Source: a virus
Taxonomy: Duplodnaviria; Caudoviricetes
Direction: 5' to 3' (one strand)
Virus record (IMG/VR): IMGVR_UViG_3300015050_000809
Span: 1 to 44,165 of that record
DNA: 44,165 nucleotides
Shown here: in pieces, positions 34,050-42,474 of the stretch
Position numbering within the stretch: the stretch's first letter is position 1
Layout: the number at the start of each line of letters is the position of its first letter
Position numbers and translations under genes: made by a program
The notes under the pieces: model-generated
Database searches by the model: none
Told to the model about the DNA's origin: nothing
The model's input: only the letters and a program-made list of their open reading frames with translations

Positions 34050-34544
34050 ATGAAGACGATGGTCTATTTCATCCGTCACGACGCGACGATTAAGATTGGC
34101 TACACCGCCGATCTAACTTCCAGGCTCGCCGGCATTCGGAGAGATGGAAAACGCGGGGCCGAGTTCATTGCCGCAGTGTTCGGGAACAGGACGCTTGAGC
34201 GGGCGCTTCATAGCAAATTGAAGCGGCACGCTCTGGGTGGTGAATGGTTCCGAGACTGTCGTGATGTTCAAGCCGCGATCCAGAACACCTTGAACAATTT
34301 CGAAGCGGCGGACACTGACCTCCCGCTGAGGCGAAATGCATCCGTGATGGCGGAAATTGCCCGGCTCTTATGGCCCATGAAAACCGCTGCCGAACTGGCT
34401 GCTTTGGTTGGGTGCACAGAGCGTGCGGCAGAGCGATGGCTTTGCGGCGATAGAGATTGGTCTGGCGACGCCGTTTCAGCGCTGCTGGCGGAAATTCTCA
34501 AACGACATGGAATGCGGAACGCGCGTGTCATAGCGCGCGAATAA
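34050..34544 (+). CDS. GIY-YIG (T5orf172-like) domain fused to an HTH
   Basis: VYFI...IKIGYT...RL...LERALH.....GEWF, then WPMKTAAELAALVGCTERAAERWL.G. Confidence 0.75.
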   Translation: MKTMVYFIRHDATIKIGYTADLTSRLAGIRRDGKRGAEFIAAVFGNRTLERALHSKLKRHALGGEWFRDCRDVQAAIQNTLNNFEAADTDLPLRRNASVMAEIARLLWPMKTAAELAALVGCTERAAERWLCGDRDWSGDAVSALLAEILKRHGMRNARVIARE

Positions 34545-34636
34545 GCCTGATTTTACTGCGTTTTTGTAACCGTGCGTGCGACCCGCTCAATGGCGACAAG
34601 GTCAGTGGGGTAATTTTCACACAAACGGAGGCAATA

Positions 34637-35152
34637 ATGGCAGCCAAAAACGGTGCAGCCCAAGCGCTTGGGAATCTCGAACAGTTCACCCTTCAGACCG
34701 ACAAGCTCGTCGATGATGTGCGCGACTTGGTGCTCACCGAGTTCAAGCACATGCCGAAGCCGTGGCAGCAGATGAACGAAGACGAGCAGACCCGCATCAT
34801 CAACCGCGCGGCGGACATCGGTGACAGCCTAGTGCGCAAGGCGGTCGATCTCGTCGCGGCGCGTGGCCTTCCGTCACTGCCGATCGAAGTCGGCAAGATC
34901 ACCATCGACGGCGCCGAGTGCAAGGGTTCCTTCGAGTGCTACGCGGACGACGACGCGCTCCTTCGCATCCGTCATCTGCAGGGATCCCGCGCGATGTTTG
35001 TGCTCGCGTCGCCCGATGCCTTCAACGGCAAGACGGACAAGCCCGAGCCCGAAGTCGTCGGCGATCTTTCGATGCCCAAGAGCCAGACGAGTGCCATCCT
35101 CGACGCGATGGACGCGGACGGCCACACCGCAAACGGCGCCGCCGCAAACTGA
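34637..35152 (+). CDS. Conserved phage protein resembling the N-terminal part of phage FtsK-gamma fusion proteins
   Basis: RDLVL.E.K.MPKPWQQMNEDEQ..II; SD GGAGG. Confidence 0.6.
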   Translation: MAAKNGAAQALGNLEQFTLQTDKLVDDVRDLVLTEFKHMPKPWQQMNEDEQTRIINRAADIGDSLVRKAVDLVAARGLPSLPIEVGKITIDGAECKGSFECYADDDALLRIRHLQGSRAMFVLASPDAFNGKTDKPEPEVVGDLSMPKSQTSAILDAMDADGHTANGAAAN

Positions 35153-35598
35153 TGCGCTGGACCGAGAAGCAACTCACCGAACACTTGGAGCGCACCGGAA
35201 ACCCCGGTGCTGCTCTACGTGTCGACGTGTCCAATCCGCCCTTCAAGCCTAGCAACCAGGTTGCGCGGTTCGCTCTCGGCCGGCTCAAGACCGGCGACAT
35301 GAACAAGACCGAGACCGCCTATGACACGCACCTTTGGGCGCTGCGCCACGCCGGCGAGATCCAATGGCATAAATTCGAGGCGGTGAAGCTGCGGCTTGCC
35401 GATAACACCTTTTACACCGTCGACTTTTTCGTGCTCGCCGGCGACGGCGTTCTCGAGGCTCATGAGGTCAAGGGCTTTTGGCAGGACGACGCCCGCGTGA
35501 AGATCAAGGTCGCGGCCAGCCTCTATCCGTTCCGATTCCTTGCGTTCACGCCCAAGCCGAAAAAAGACGGTGGCGGATGGAAGCGGGAGGAATTCTGA
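35152..35598 (+). CDS. DUF1064-like PD-(D/E)XK nuclease
   Basis: MNKTE..Y, FYTVDF and HEVKGFW.DDARVKIKVAA. Confidence 0.8.
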   Translation: MRWTEKQLTEHLERTGNPGAALRVDVSNPPFKPSNQVARFALGRLKTGDMNKTETAYDTHLWALRHAGEIQWHKFEAVKLRLADNTFYTVDFFVLAGDGVLEAHEVKGFWQDDARVKIKVAASLYPFRFLAFTPKPKKDGGGWKREEF

Positions 35599-36179
35599 TG
35601 CTCGTTGCGGGCGCCAAATCTCACGTCGTTTCGCATCAGTGGATTCGCGAAGCTGCCGAGCATTACGTCGAGCCGGAATGGTGCTCGCGGCGGCTCTTTG
35701 AGGTCGAGCAGTTCACGGGAACGATTCAGGATCCATCTTGTGGCTTTGGTCGTGTGGTTGATGCTGCCCGGGCCGCTGGCCACGCCGTTTTCGGCACGGA
35801 TCTGGTCGATCGCGGCTTCGACGGGATGCTGCCGCCGTCCGACTTTTTCGAGCAACGGACCAAGGTCGACAACATCGTCAGCAACCCTCCGTTCAAGCTT
35901 TTCAAGCGGTACGCGCTCCATGCGCTGTCGCTGACGTCAGGGAAGGTCGCCCTGATCTGGCTCACCCGTACACTCGCGGCCGCGCGCTGGCTCGAGGGGA
36001 CGCCGCTCGCCGCGGTTTACTACCTCACCCCGCGCCCCTCGATGCCTCCTGGCCACGTCATCACCGCCGGCCATAAGCCCGGTGGTGGCAAGCAGGATTT
36101 CTGCTGGCTGGTTTTCGACCATGCGCATCAAGGCGCGCCAGTCATGAAGTGGTTGCGGCGCGACGGGGGTGCCAAATAA
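35598..36179 (+). CDS. Adenine DNA methyltransferase (gamma-type motif order)
   Basis: DPSCGFG then VSNPPF. Confidence 0.85.
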   Translation: MLVAGAKSHVVSHQWIREAAEHYVEPEWCSRRLFEVEQFTGTIQDPSCGFGRVVDAARAAGHAVFGTDLVDRGFDGMLPPSDFFEQRTKVDNIVSNPPFKLFKRYALHALSLTSGKVALIWLTRTLAAARWLEGTPLAAVYYLTPRPSMPPGHVITAGHKPGGGKQDFCWLVFDHAHQGAPVMKWLRRDGGAK

Positions 36180-36886
36180 TGGGCGTCTTTGCTGTCGATC
36201 GGGGCGTATTTGATCACCCATTTTTTGCCGCCGAGCCGTATTCGGAACGAGAGGCATGGATATGGCTCGTCGGCTGCGCCGTATGGAAGACGTCGCGGGT
36301 GCGCGTAAAGGACACCATGTTTTCTCTCGAGCGCGGGCAATGCGCATTCTCGCTTCGGTTCATGGCCGAGAAATGGAAGTGGTCGAAGGACAAGGTGGCT
36401 CGCTTCCTCAAACGCCTGAAAACCGAGACGATGATTGAGACGCAGGCGAGACGCGACGCAACGATCATAACGATCTGTAATTACAACGAATATCAGCTAA
36501 CGCCAGGTCATAAGCGCGACGCAGATCAAGACACCAAATGCGACGCAGGCGAGACGCAGGCGAGACGCAGGCGAGACAAAGAAGAAGAACTTAATAAAAG
36601 AAAGGGCGAAGACGCGCCTAAGCAGGCGCCCTTGTTCGCTCCTGATCCGCCGACTGACGAGGCGGAATATTTCACGCGCGGGAAAAAGGTGCTCGGGCCA
36701 GACGCGGGTGGCCTTCTCGTTCGCCTCTTAAACTCCAAAAAGAAAAACGTGGCCCTCGCGCGCGCAGCGATCGAGCAGGCGTCCACCAAGGGCGACCCTC
36801 GCGAATACATCGGCCGGATACTCGCCGGCCCCGCGGCCGCGAATGAGCGCCACGGCATCAACGACCCATTGGCAGGAATTCAGTGA
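36179..36886 (+). CDS. Replication initiator protein (lambda O-like role)
   Basis: DHP.F....S.REAWIWL, LERGQ...S.R.MA.KW.WS..KV.RFL..L and ITICNYNEYQ; internal iterons. Confidence 0.8.
   Translation: MGVFAVDRGVFDHPFFAAEPYSEREAWIWLVGCAVWKTSRVRVKDTMFSLERGQCAFSLRFMAEKWKWSKDKVARFLKRLKTETMIETQARRDATIITICNYNEYQLTPGHKRDADQDTKCDAGETQARRRRDKEEELNKRKGEDAPKQAPLFAPDPPTDEAEYFTRGKKVLGPDAGGLLVRLLNSKKKNVALARAAIEQASTKGDPREYIGRILAGPAAANERHGINDPLAGIQ
36437..36606 (+). repeat. Iteron-like 11-bp repeats (GACGCAGGCGA) and A-rich tract; probable replication origin
   Basis: One copy at about 36439, three tandem copies at 36542-36574, followed by AAAGAAGAAGAACTTAATAAAAGAAA. Confidence 0.7.
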
Positions 36887-37710
36887 TGCTCGACAAAACA
36901 TACGCAAACCCGCGCCACGAGGAAGCCGGCTATTACGCGCTGGCGGACCTGCCGCAGCGTGCCTCGGTCGCGGAAATCGCGATGAGCACCGGTTGGTGGG
37001 AACTTGACCAGATTTTCAAGCTGTACCCCGGTCAGTTCGTCGTCGTCACCGGCATTCCAGGGCACGGAAAATCGACGCTGCTGCTGAATATCATCTGCAA
37101 TCTGTGGCGCGACCGCGTGAAGTCGTTCCTCTATGTCCCCGAGAACGAAAGCCATATCCGCGAAAAACTGGCGTTGATGTGGAACAACACGGCGCTGGAA
37201 TTCGATGTTTTCAGCGAGATCGGCTGCTTCGTCCAGTGTTCGGTCCCTGACACGTTCGACCAAATCCCGCACACGCTTGACTGGCTGCTCAACAAAGCCG
37301 CGACGGCCGTTGTGCGGGATGGCGTCAAGATTTTGCTCATCGATCCTTGGAATGAGATCGAGCACGCGAAGCCGCCAACCATGGCGATGACCGATTACAT
37401 CCGCCAGTGCATCATGTGGATCAAGCAGTTCTGCCGCATGTACAGCGTCACCGTCATCATGGTGGCACATCCGACCAAGGCCGGCGTCGTCGACGGCAAG
37501 ATCCCCACGCTGTCGGACATCGAAGGCTCGATGAGCTGGTACAACAAATGCGACAACGGCCTGATCGTCGTTCGCGATCCGAGCAGCAATTCCTGCCAGG
37601 TCATCAGCGCCAAGGTGCGCGAGATCGGCGCCGGCAAGCGCGGCCGCTGCTTTTTTCAAGTCGACCCACAGACAGGACGATTCACTCCGGAAATGGGAGC
37701 TGTGACGTGA
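36886..37710 (+). CDS. SF4 (DnaB/T7 gp4/Twinkle-like) helicase domain without primase
   Basis: TGIPGHGKST Walker A, LLIDPWN, VAHPTK and DIEGS..WYNKCDNG. Confidence 0.85.
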   Translation: MLDKTYANPRHEEAGYYALADLPQRASVAEIAMSTGWWELDQIFKLYPGQFVVVTGIPGHGKSTLLLNIICNLWRDRVKSFLYVPENESHIREKLALMWNNTALEFDVFSEIGCFVQCSVPDTFDQIPHTLDWLLNKAATAVVRDGVKILLIDPWNEIEHAKPPTMAMTDYIRQCIMWIKQFCRMYSVTVIMVAHPTKAGVVDGKIPTLSDIEGSMSWYNKCDNGLIVVRDPSSNSCQVISAKVREIGAGKRGRCFFQVDPQTGRFTPEMGAVT

Positions 37711-37841
37711 CACACCCGCTCGACAAAAACTGGGAGCCGATCGGCAGCGCATGGCTGCGGGCACTGGAAAAGATGGTGCCGAAGCCTGAGCAGCCAGTCG
37801 AAAAGCCAGCCGCGACCGAGACGAAGGAGAAGGCAGCATGA
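37707..37841 (+). CDS. Hypothetical protein (44 aa)
   Basis: GTGA and ATGA overlaps at both ends. Confidence 0.5.
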   Translation: MTHPLDKNWEPIGSAWLRALEKMVPKPEQPVEKPAATETKEKAA

Positions 37842-38254
37842 CGGAATACGGTTTGAGCCACGGCCAGTATCTCAAGGCCCGCCGCATCAGGGCGCACAAG
37901 CCCGGGACGTCCATCAAATACATCGCGCACCACGTCGGCGCCACCGAACGGCAGGTACGCGACGCGCTCGACCTGCAAGCCGAACGCCGGTTGGCGAATG
38001 CGCCGCGCGCAAAGAAGGCTCAGCGACCGAAGCCGGCAGAGAAGGCATCGACTTACCAGAAATGCGGGCACCGCAAGGAAGCCGGCATCCCTGAGACGCC
38101 GCGCATGGTGGTGCCGCATGACGTGCTGGCCGAGCGTGAACAGCGCCTGTCCCTCTCGCCGCAGTCGCTCACCGCGGCATTGCTGGGCGATCCGCCGCCC
38201 GGCCATCGCCAGTATCTCGACAACCTGGCTGCGGCCGCTCGGCGGCGCGCATGA
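37838..38254 (+). CDS. HTH-containing hypothetical protein
   Basis: SIKYIAHHVGATERQVRDAL; C-terminal SLTAALLGDPPPG. Confidence 0.65.
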   Translation: MTEYGLSHGQYLKARRIRAHKPGTSIKYIAHHVGATERQVRDALDLQAERRLANAPRAKKAQRPKPAEKASTYQKCGHRKEAGIPETPRMVVPHDVLAEREQRLSLSPQSLTAALLGDPPPGHRQYLDNLAAAARRRA

Positions 38255-38487
38255 GCCTGCCGACCGTCTCAGACCATGCGCTAATTCGCTATCTTGAGCG
38301 GGTGAAGGGCTTTGACGTTGAGGCCGTGCGCCGGCACATCGCCGAGATCTGCAAGGGCGTAAAGATTGCCCGTTGTGTCCGGGCCGAGCAGGCGGATTTT
38401 ATCATCGCTGACGGGGTAGTGGTGACCGTCAAGCCGCATGGCGCAATCAACCGCCGCAAGGTGCCGCGCGGCCGGGGCGACGAATGA
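38251..38487 (+). CDS. Small conserved phage protein (possible RelE-like fold)
   Basis: VSDHALIRYLER...DGVVVTV. Confidence 0.6.
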   Translation: MSLPTVSDHALIRYLERVKGFDVEAVRRHIAEICKGVKIARCVRAEQADFIIADGVVVTVKPHGAINRRKVPRGRGDE

Positions 38488-39005
38488 GCGAGCGCCGCAT
38501 TGCCGAATTCAGCGACTATGACTCGATGATCGAGGCCATGAGGCAGCGCCTCGTCGAGATCAACATCACGCACACGACGTTCGAGCGCTTGGCGGGCTGG
38601 CCGGCCGGGCTGTGTGGCAAGGTATTCGGCGACGCGCAGGTAAAAAAGCTTGGCCCTCGGACCCTGGCCGAAGCCTTCGAAGTTCTTGCCATCAAAGCGG
38701 TCATTGTTGAGGACGCCGAGGCAGCCGCACGAATGGCCGATCGGTGGGAAGAACGCGTGCGCGCCGACTACAATGCTGTGCGCACAGCATCCGTTGGAAA
38801 AACCACGATAAACCGCATGCTCCCGGTCATTTCGACAGAAATGCAAAAGCGCAGCCGCGAGACCTATTCGAGCAAGAAGAACGCACCGATGCGCCGGCGC
38901 GTCGCGCGCACAGCAGCTCGAGCCCGGTGGAAGTCTAAGCGCAAGGTCAGGAAGGCCAAACCCGCCAAATTACCCCATCCCACAGTTCAGCCCAGCATCG
39001 TTTAA
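38484..39005 (+). CDS. XRE-like HTH protein with basic tail; candidate late regulator
   Basis: ITHTTFERLAGWPAGLCGKVF; last gene of the middle operon. Confidence 0.6.
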   Translation: MSERRIAEFSDYDSMIEAMRQRLVEINITHTTFERLAGWPAGLCGKVFGDAQVKKLGPRTLAEAFEVLAIKAVIVEDAEAAARMADRWEERVRADYNAVRTASVGKTTINRMLPVISTEMQKRSRETYSSKKNAPMRRRVARTAARARWKSKRKVRKAKPAKLPHPTVQPSIV

Positions 39006-39041
39006 CGCACCAGCGGCCTTCCTATTGGCTCGAAAACCTGA

Positions 39042-39076
39042 GTGCGTTGCAGATTGCGTCGAATAGACCGCATTTC
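39042..39076 (+). promoter_or_regulatory. Putative late promoter motif
   Basis: GTGCGTTGC 39042-39050 with an inverted AACGCAC at 39004-39010. Confidence 0.55.
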
Positions 39077-39083
39077 ATGGGCT

Positions 39084-39695
39084 ATGGCGCCATACGTTCC
39101 GAAGCTGTCAAAGGCATCAGCACTGCGCGAAGTGGCGCAACGCTATGCCCGCAAGGCGCGCCGCGGCGCCGGCCACAAGCCACGCACACAAGCCGCCATT
39201 CGTTGCGCTGAACTCACACGGCTATTCGATGACAAGTTCGGGCCCATGGTGCTGCCGGACAACGATGACGGCTATCAGGCCGCGCGCGTCATGGTGCATC
39301 ACATCGGACGACTGAGGCACGGCGACCGCCGCATGGCGTCATGGCTCAATGCCTGTGCCGGTTTCCTGTCGATGGCCGACCGGGAACGGCTCATATCCGA
39401 GGTCGAGGAATGCCCGCTCAAATGGACGGCCGACAAGCTCGCGTGGAAGTTCAAGGTCACCGCCGAGCAGCGCGCCAGGCTCAAGCTCACCACGATCGGC
39501 GCCATCGATCTCCCCAAGGCCGAGCGTATCAAGCGCCGCACAGCCATCAAGAACGCCAGACGCCAGGCCCAGCGTCACGAGCAGGGCGCAATGAGCAGGG
39601 CCGAATACAGGCAAACCGTGCAATCAGCCAAGCCGTGGACAGAGCAGGGTGTCAGCCGGGCAACATGGTATCGCAACCGCCCCATTGAGACGTGA
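39084..39695 (+). CDS. Protein resembling the C-terminal DNA-binding half of plasmid Rep proteins
   Basis: ADKLA....VT.EQR.RL.L.TI, a long basic helix, SRAEY and terminal KPW...GVSRATWYR. Confidence 0.65.
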   Translation: MAPYVPKLSKASALREVAQRYARKARRGAGHKPRTQAAIRCAELTRLFDDKFGPMVLPDNDDGYQAARVMVHHIGRLRHGDRRMASWLNACAGFLSMADRERLISEVEECPLKWTADKLAWKFKVTAEQRARLKLTTIGAIDLPKAERIKRRTAIKNARRQAQRHEQGAMSRAEYRQTVQSAKPWTEQGVSRATWYRNRPIET

Positions 39696-39754
39696 GACGC
39701 GGTTCGCCCCCAGCATATCTATCTCTATATTGCTGGGCGCGAACCCAGTCTCAC
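39692..39754. repeat. 63-bp imperfect inverted repeat overlapping the Rep-like gene stop
   Basis: GTGAGAC-gc-GGTTCGC-c-CCCAGCA...TGCTGGG-c-GCGAACC-ca-GTCTCAC with AT-rich centre. Confidence 0.85.
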
Positions 39755-40278
39755 ATATGCCAAGCCGTCGCATGACCTACGCCATCACGTCGCACAGACT
39801 ATGACAGCCTGACGCATCAACAGGCCGAACAGCGAAGCACCACATCGAAAGTCCCCTTGCCAGTCCATCAGCCACGGACAGACGGGCATTCAAGCAATGG
39901 GACAGAACACCGGATTGCTGGCACATGCTTGGTAACGATAGGTCCGATCCGGTCCTATTATCGCGATCGAGCAGGCAAACACTCTCAGTCAAAGTGTTAC
40001 GCGTAGAACAGACTGCAATGATATCAATAGTTTAGCTCAATATTCGCAGTCATGGGTGATGAACGGCGCTGCACCTGGCGATGATCGAGCGCGCGAAACA
40101 CCCCACTAAACGTTGATATTCTTTTCCAGGCCGAGGGGGGTGGGGGGAAAATTTCACACCGATCACTAAAAATGGGTATTCCCCTCATTTCGCGGTCCTT
40201 TTTTAAACGTCTCGGGTATTCAGTCCTATAGTTATGGGGGTCTGAAAATTCCGGGCCGGTTTTTTTGGAATTCGGCTG

Positions 40279-40311
40279 GTGCGTTGCTGCTGAAAATAAC
40301 GACGTTACGAA
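40279..40311 (+). promoter_or_regulatory. Putative late promoter for the terminase genes
   Basis: GTGCGTTGC 40279-40287; TTGCTG-N16-TACGAA; ATG 7 nt downstream. Confidence 0.65.
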
Positions 40312-40318
40312 TTGCAGC

Positions 40319-40882
40319 ATGACGGACGCCATTCCGCTTTTGCCGCCGATTGCTGATCTGCCCGAGCCTGTTCAGGCGTTGCGCAACGAGCGCGAGCGGG
40401 CGTTTGTGTGGCACTACATGCTCAACGGCGCGAACGGGTCGAAGGCTGCGAAGGCTGCCGGCTATTCGGACGTGAAGGAGGGGGCGAAGGTGCGTGCGCA
40501 CGCGCTTTTGCAGCGCGGTGACGTTCAGGAGGCGCTACGCGCCTTGTGCACGAAGTATCTGTTCTCGCTGGCGCCAAAGGCGCTGTTCCGGCTTTCGACG
40601 CTGCTGGGGAGCGAGAACGAGCGGGTGGCGCTCAAGGCTGTCGACATGACGTTGGCGCGCACCGGGTTTGCCGAGCGCACAGCGCTGGACGTGAATGTCG
40701 GCGGGCAGGTGACGGTCAGCCACAAGGATGCGGCAGTGGAGGACCTGCGCAGGCTTAAGGCGCTGGGCGTGCCGCGCGCCGAGCTTGAGCGCACGTTCGG
40801 GTTTTCGGGGTTGACGCGATACGAGAAACTGCTGGCGGCCGAGGATGCGAAGCTGATTGAGCACGAGCCGGTCGGCGAATGA
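40319..40882 (+). CDS. terS: Terminase small subunit
   Basis: L..RERAFV..Y..NG.NG.KAAK.AGYS......A..LL; precedes terL with ATGA overlap. Confidence 0.8.
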   Translation: MTDAIPLLPPIADLPEPVQALRNERERAFVWHYMLNGANGSKAAKAAGYSDVKEGAKVRAHALLQRGDVQEALRALCTKYLFSLAPKALFRLSTLLGSENERVALKAVDMTLARTGFAERTALDVNVGGQVTVSHKDAAVEDLRRLKALGVPRAELERTFGFSGLTRYEKLLAAEDAKLIEHEPVGE

Positions 40883-42405
40883 CCCCCGACCTTGAGGAAG
40901 GCCCCGACCCGAACGACGTTCGGCGCCACGCCAAGAAGATGCTCACAAACATCGAGTACCGGCAGAAATACTGCCGCCTCGATTTCTACCGTCCGAACCG
41001 CAAGCAACTCGCGTTCCACAATCTGCTTTCGCCTGAGATCATGCTTCGGGCTGGAAATCAGCAGGGAAAGACCCAGGCCGGCGCCGCGCAGATGGCGATG
41101 GATGCCATTTCGCTTTACCCGGGATGGTACGAGGGCAGGCGGTTTGTCGTGCCGCCAAAGATCGAGCGCCCCTATCAGTTCATCGGCTGGGCCGGCTGCA
41201 CCACATCGGGCAAGACCCGCGACGGCGCGCAGGTGAAACTGCTCGGCGACATCCGGCAGCAGGGCGGGCTCGGCACCGGGTTGATCCCGCTCGACAACAT
41301 CGTTGGCCGACCGACCATGGCGCGCGGCATTTCCGACTTCGTCGATACGGTCAGCCTGCGCCGCGAAGTTGGCGGCAGCGCCGTGATCCGGTTCAAGACC
41401 TTCGAAATGGGCCGCGAGGCGTGGCAGGGCGAGCCGGTCGACCTTGTATGGGGCGACGAGGATCCCAGCGACTTCGAGGTCTATGGCGAGTGCCAGGCGC
41501 GGTTGACCACGACCAGCGGCAAGATCATCTGGACGATGAGCCCGATGCTCGGCCTGTCGCCGGTGCGCAAGCACTTCAAGGAGCGCAAGCCCGGGACATC
41601 TGAAATCCTGATGACGATCGACGACGCCGCGGTCTCGAACGGCGGGCACATCCCGGACGAGGAAATCGCCATGATCGTCGCCCGCTACGGCGACAAGGCG
41701 TCGACCCGCGCCTATGGCGGCGACATGCAGGGCGAGGGTTCGGTGTTCGAAACGCCTGTCGAGAAGATCAAACACAACCTCGACCCGGCTACGTTCCCGC
41801 CGTACTGGCGCTGGCTGTGGGGCCTCGACTTCCGGCACAGCGGTTCAGGATCGAGCGGGCACCCTTTTGCCGCAGTGCTCGGCGCATGGGATCGCGACAA
41901 CGATACGGTCTACATCGTCCACGCCGTGCGAATGATGGGGCAGGCGACCACTCACGTTGCGGCGATCAAGGAAAACCCGATGTGGGATGCGCCGGTGGCG
42001 TGGCCGCACGACGGTGGCCGCAGCGCGGGCATCATCACCGGCGAGACGGTAGCTGCGACCTACAAGAAGCTTGGGCTCAATACACGGCCAAAACACGCGA
42101 CGTTCCCCGACGGCGGGTACAATTTCGAGGCCGGTATCACCGAGATTGACGAGCGGCTGGCGTCCGGCCGGCTCAAGATCGCAGCGCATTTGGCTGAGGC
42201 GTTCGACGAATACCAAGGCTATCACCGCATAAACGGCCTCGTGCACAAGGTCGACGACGATATTTGGAGCGCGATCCGCGTGCTTTGCATGGACCTGCGC
42301 TTCGCAAAGGGCGTCGAGGAATTCGCGCGTTTCAAACGATCGGCTAGCGGCACCCAGGTCGCTGCCGGCACGGATTTCGACGTCTTCACCGGCGCGGCGA
42401 ACTAA
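40879..42405 (+). CDS. terL: Terminase large subunit (P22-like)
   Basis: AGNQQGKT Walker A, REAWQG, VWGDED, T.SP..G, GLDF, AWPHDG and DDD..SA.R nuclease motifs. Confidence 0.92.
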   Translation: MTPDLEEGPDPNDVRRHAKKMLTNIEYRQKYCRLDFYRPNRKQLAFHNLLSPEIMLRAGNQQGKTQAGAAQMAMDAISLYPGWYEGRRFVVPPKIERPYQFIGWAGCTTSGKTRDGAQVKLLGDIRQQGGLGTGLIPLDNIVGRPTMARGISDFVDTVSLRREVGGSAVIRFKTFEMGREAWQGEPVDLVWGDEDPSDFEVYGECQARLTTTSGKIIWTMSPMLGLSPVRKHFKERKPGTSEILMTIDDAAVSNGGHIPDEEIAMIVARYGDKASTRAYGGDMQGEGSVFETPVEKIKHNLDPATFPPYWRWLWGLDFRHSGSGSSGHPFAAVLGAWDRDNDTVYIVHAVRMMGQATTHVAAIKENPMWDAPVAWPHDGGRSAGIITGETVAATYKKLGLNTRPKHATFPDGGYNFEAGITEIDERLASGRLKIAAHLAEAFDEYQGYHRINGLVHKVDDDIWSAIRVLCMDLRFAKGVEEFARFKRSASGTQVAAGTDFDVFTGAAN

Positions 42406-42410
42406 TCGCG

Positions 42411-42444
42411 GTGCGTTGCTGCTGTTTTTGAGGGGCCGCATGGT
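42411..42444 (+). promoter_or_regulatory. Putative late promoter for the portal operon
   Basis: GTGCGTTGC 42411-42419; TTGCTG-N17-CATGGT. Confidence 0.65.
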
Positions 42445-42474
42445 CGCACAGCCCTCGACACCAGCGGAGCACCA

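Noticed and set aside
33493-34053. 186-aa ORF coupled to Cro
   Set aside because: Ser/Arg-rich, no motif, and fully overlaps the better HTH ORF at 33783-34040; a shorter real product cannot be excluded
40525-41838. Long antisense ORFs (also 41845-42783, 17875-19077, 36880-37944, 13616-14620, 6912-7967)
   Set aside because: Shadow frames of GC-rich genes with strong codon bias; no RBS or motifs
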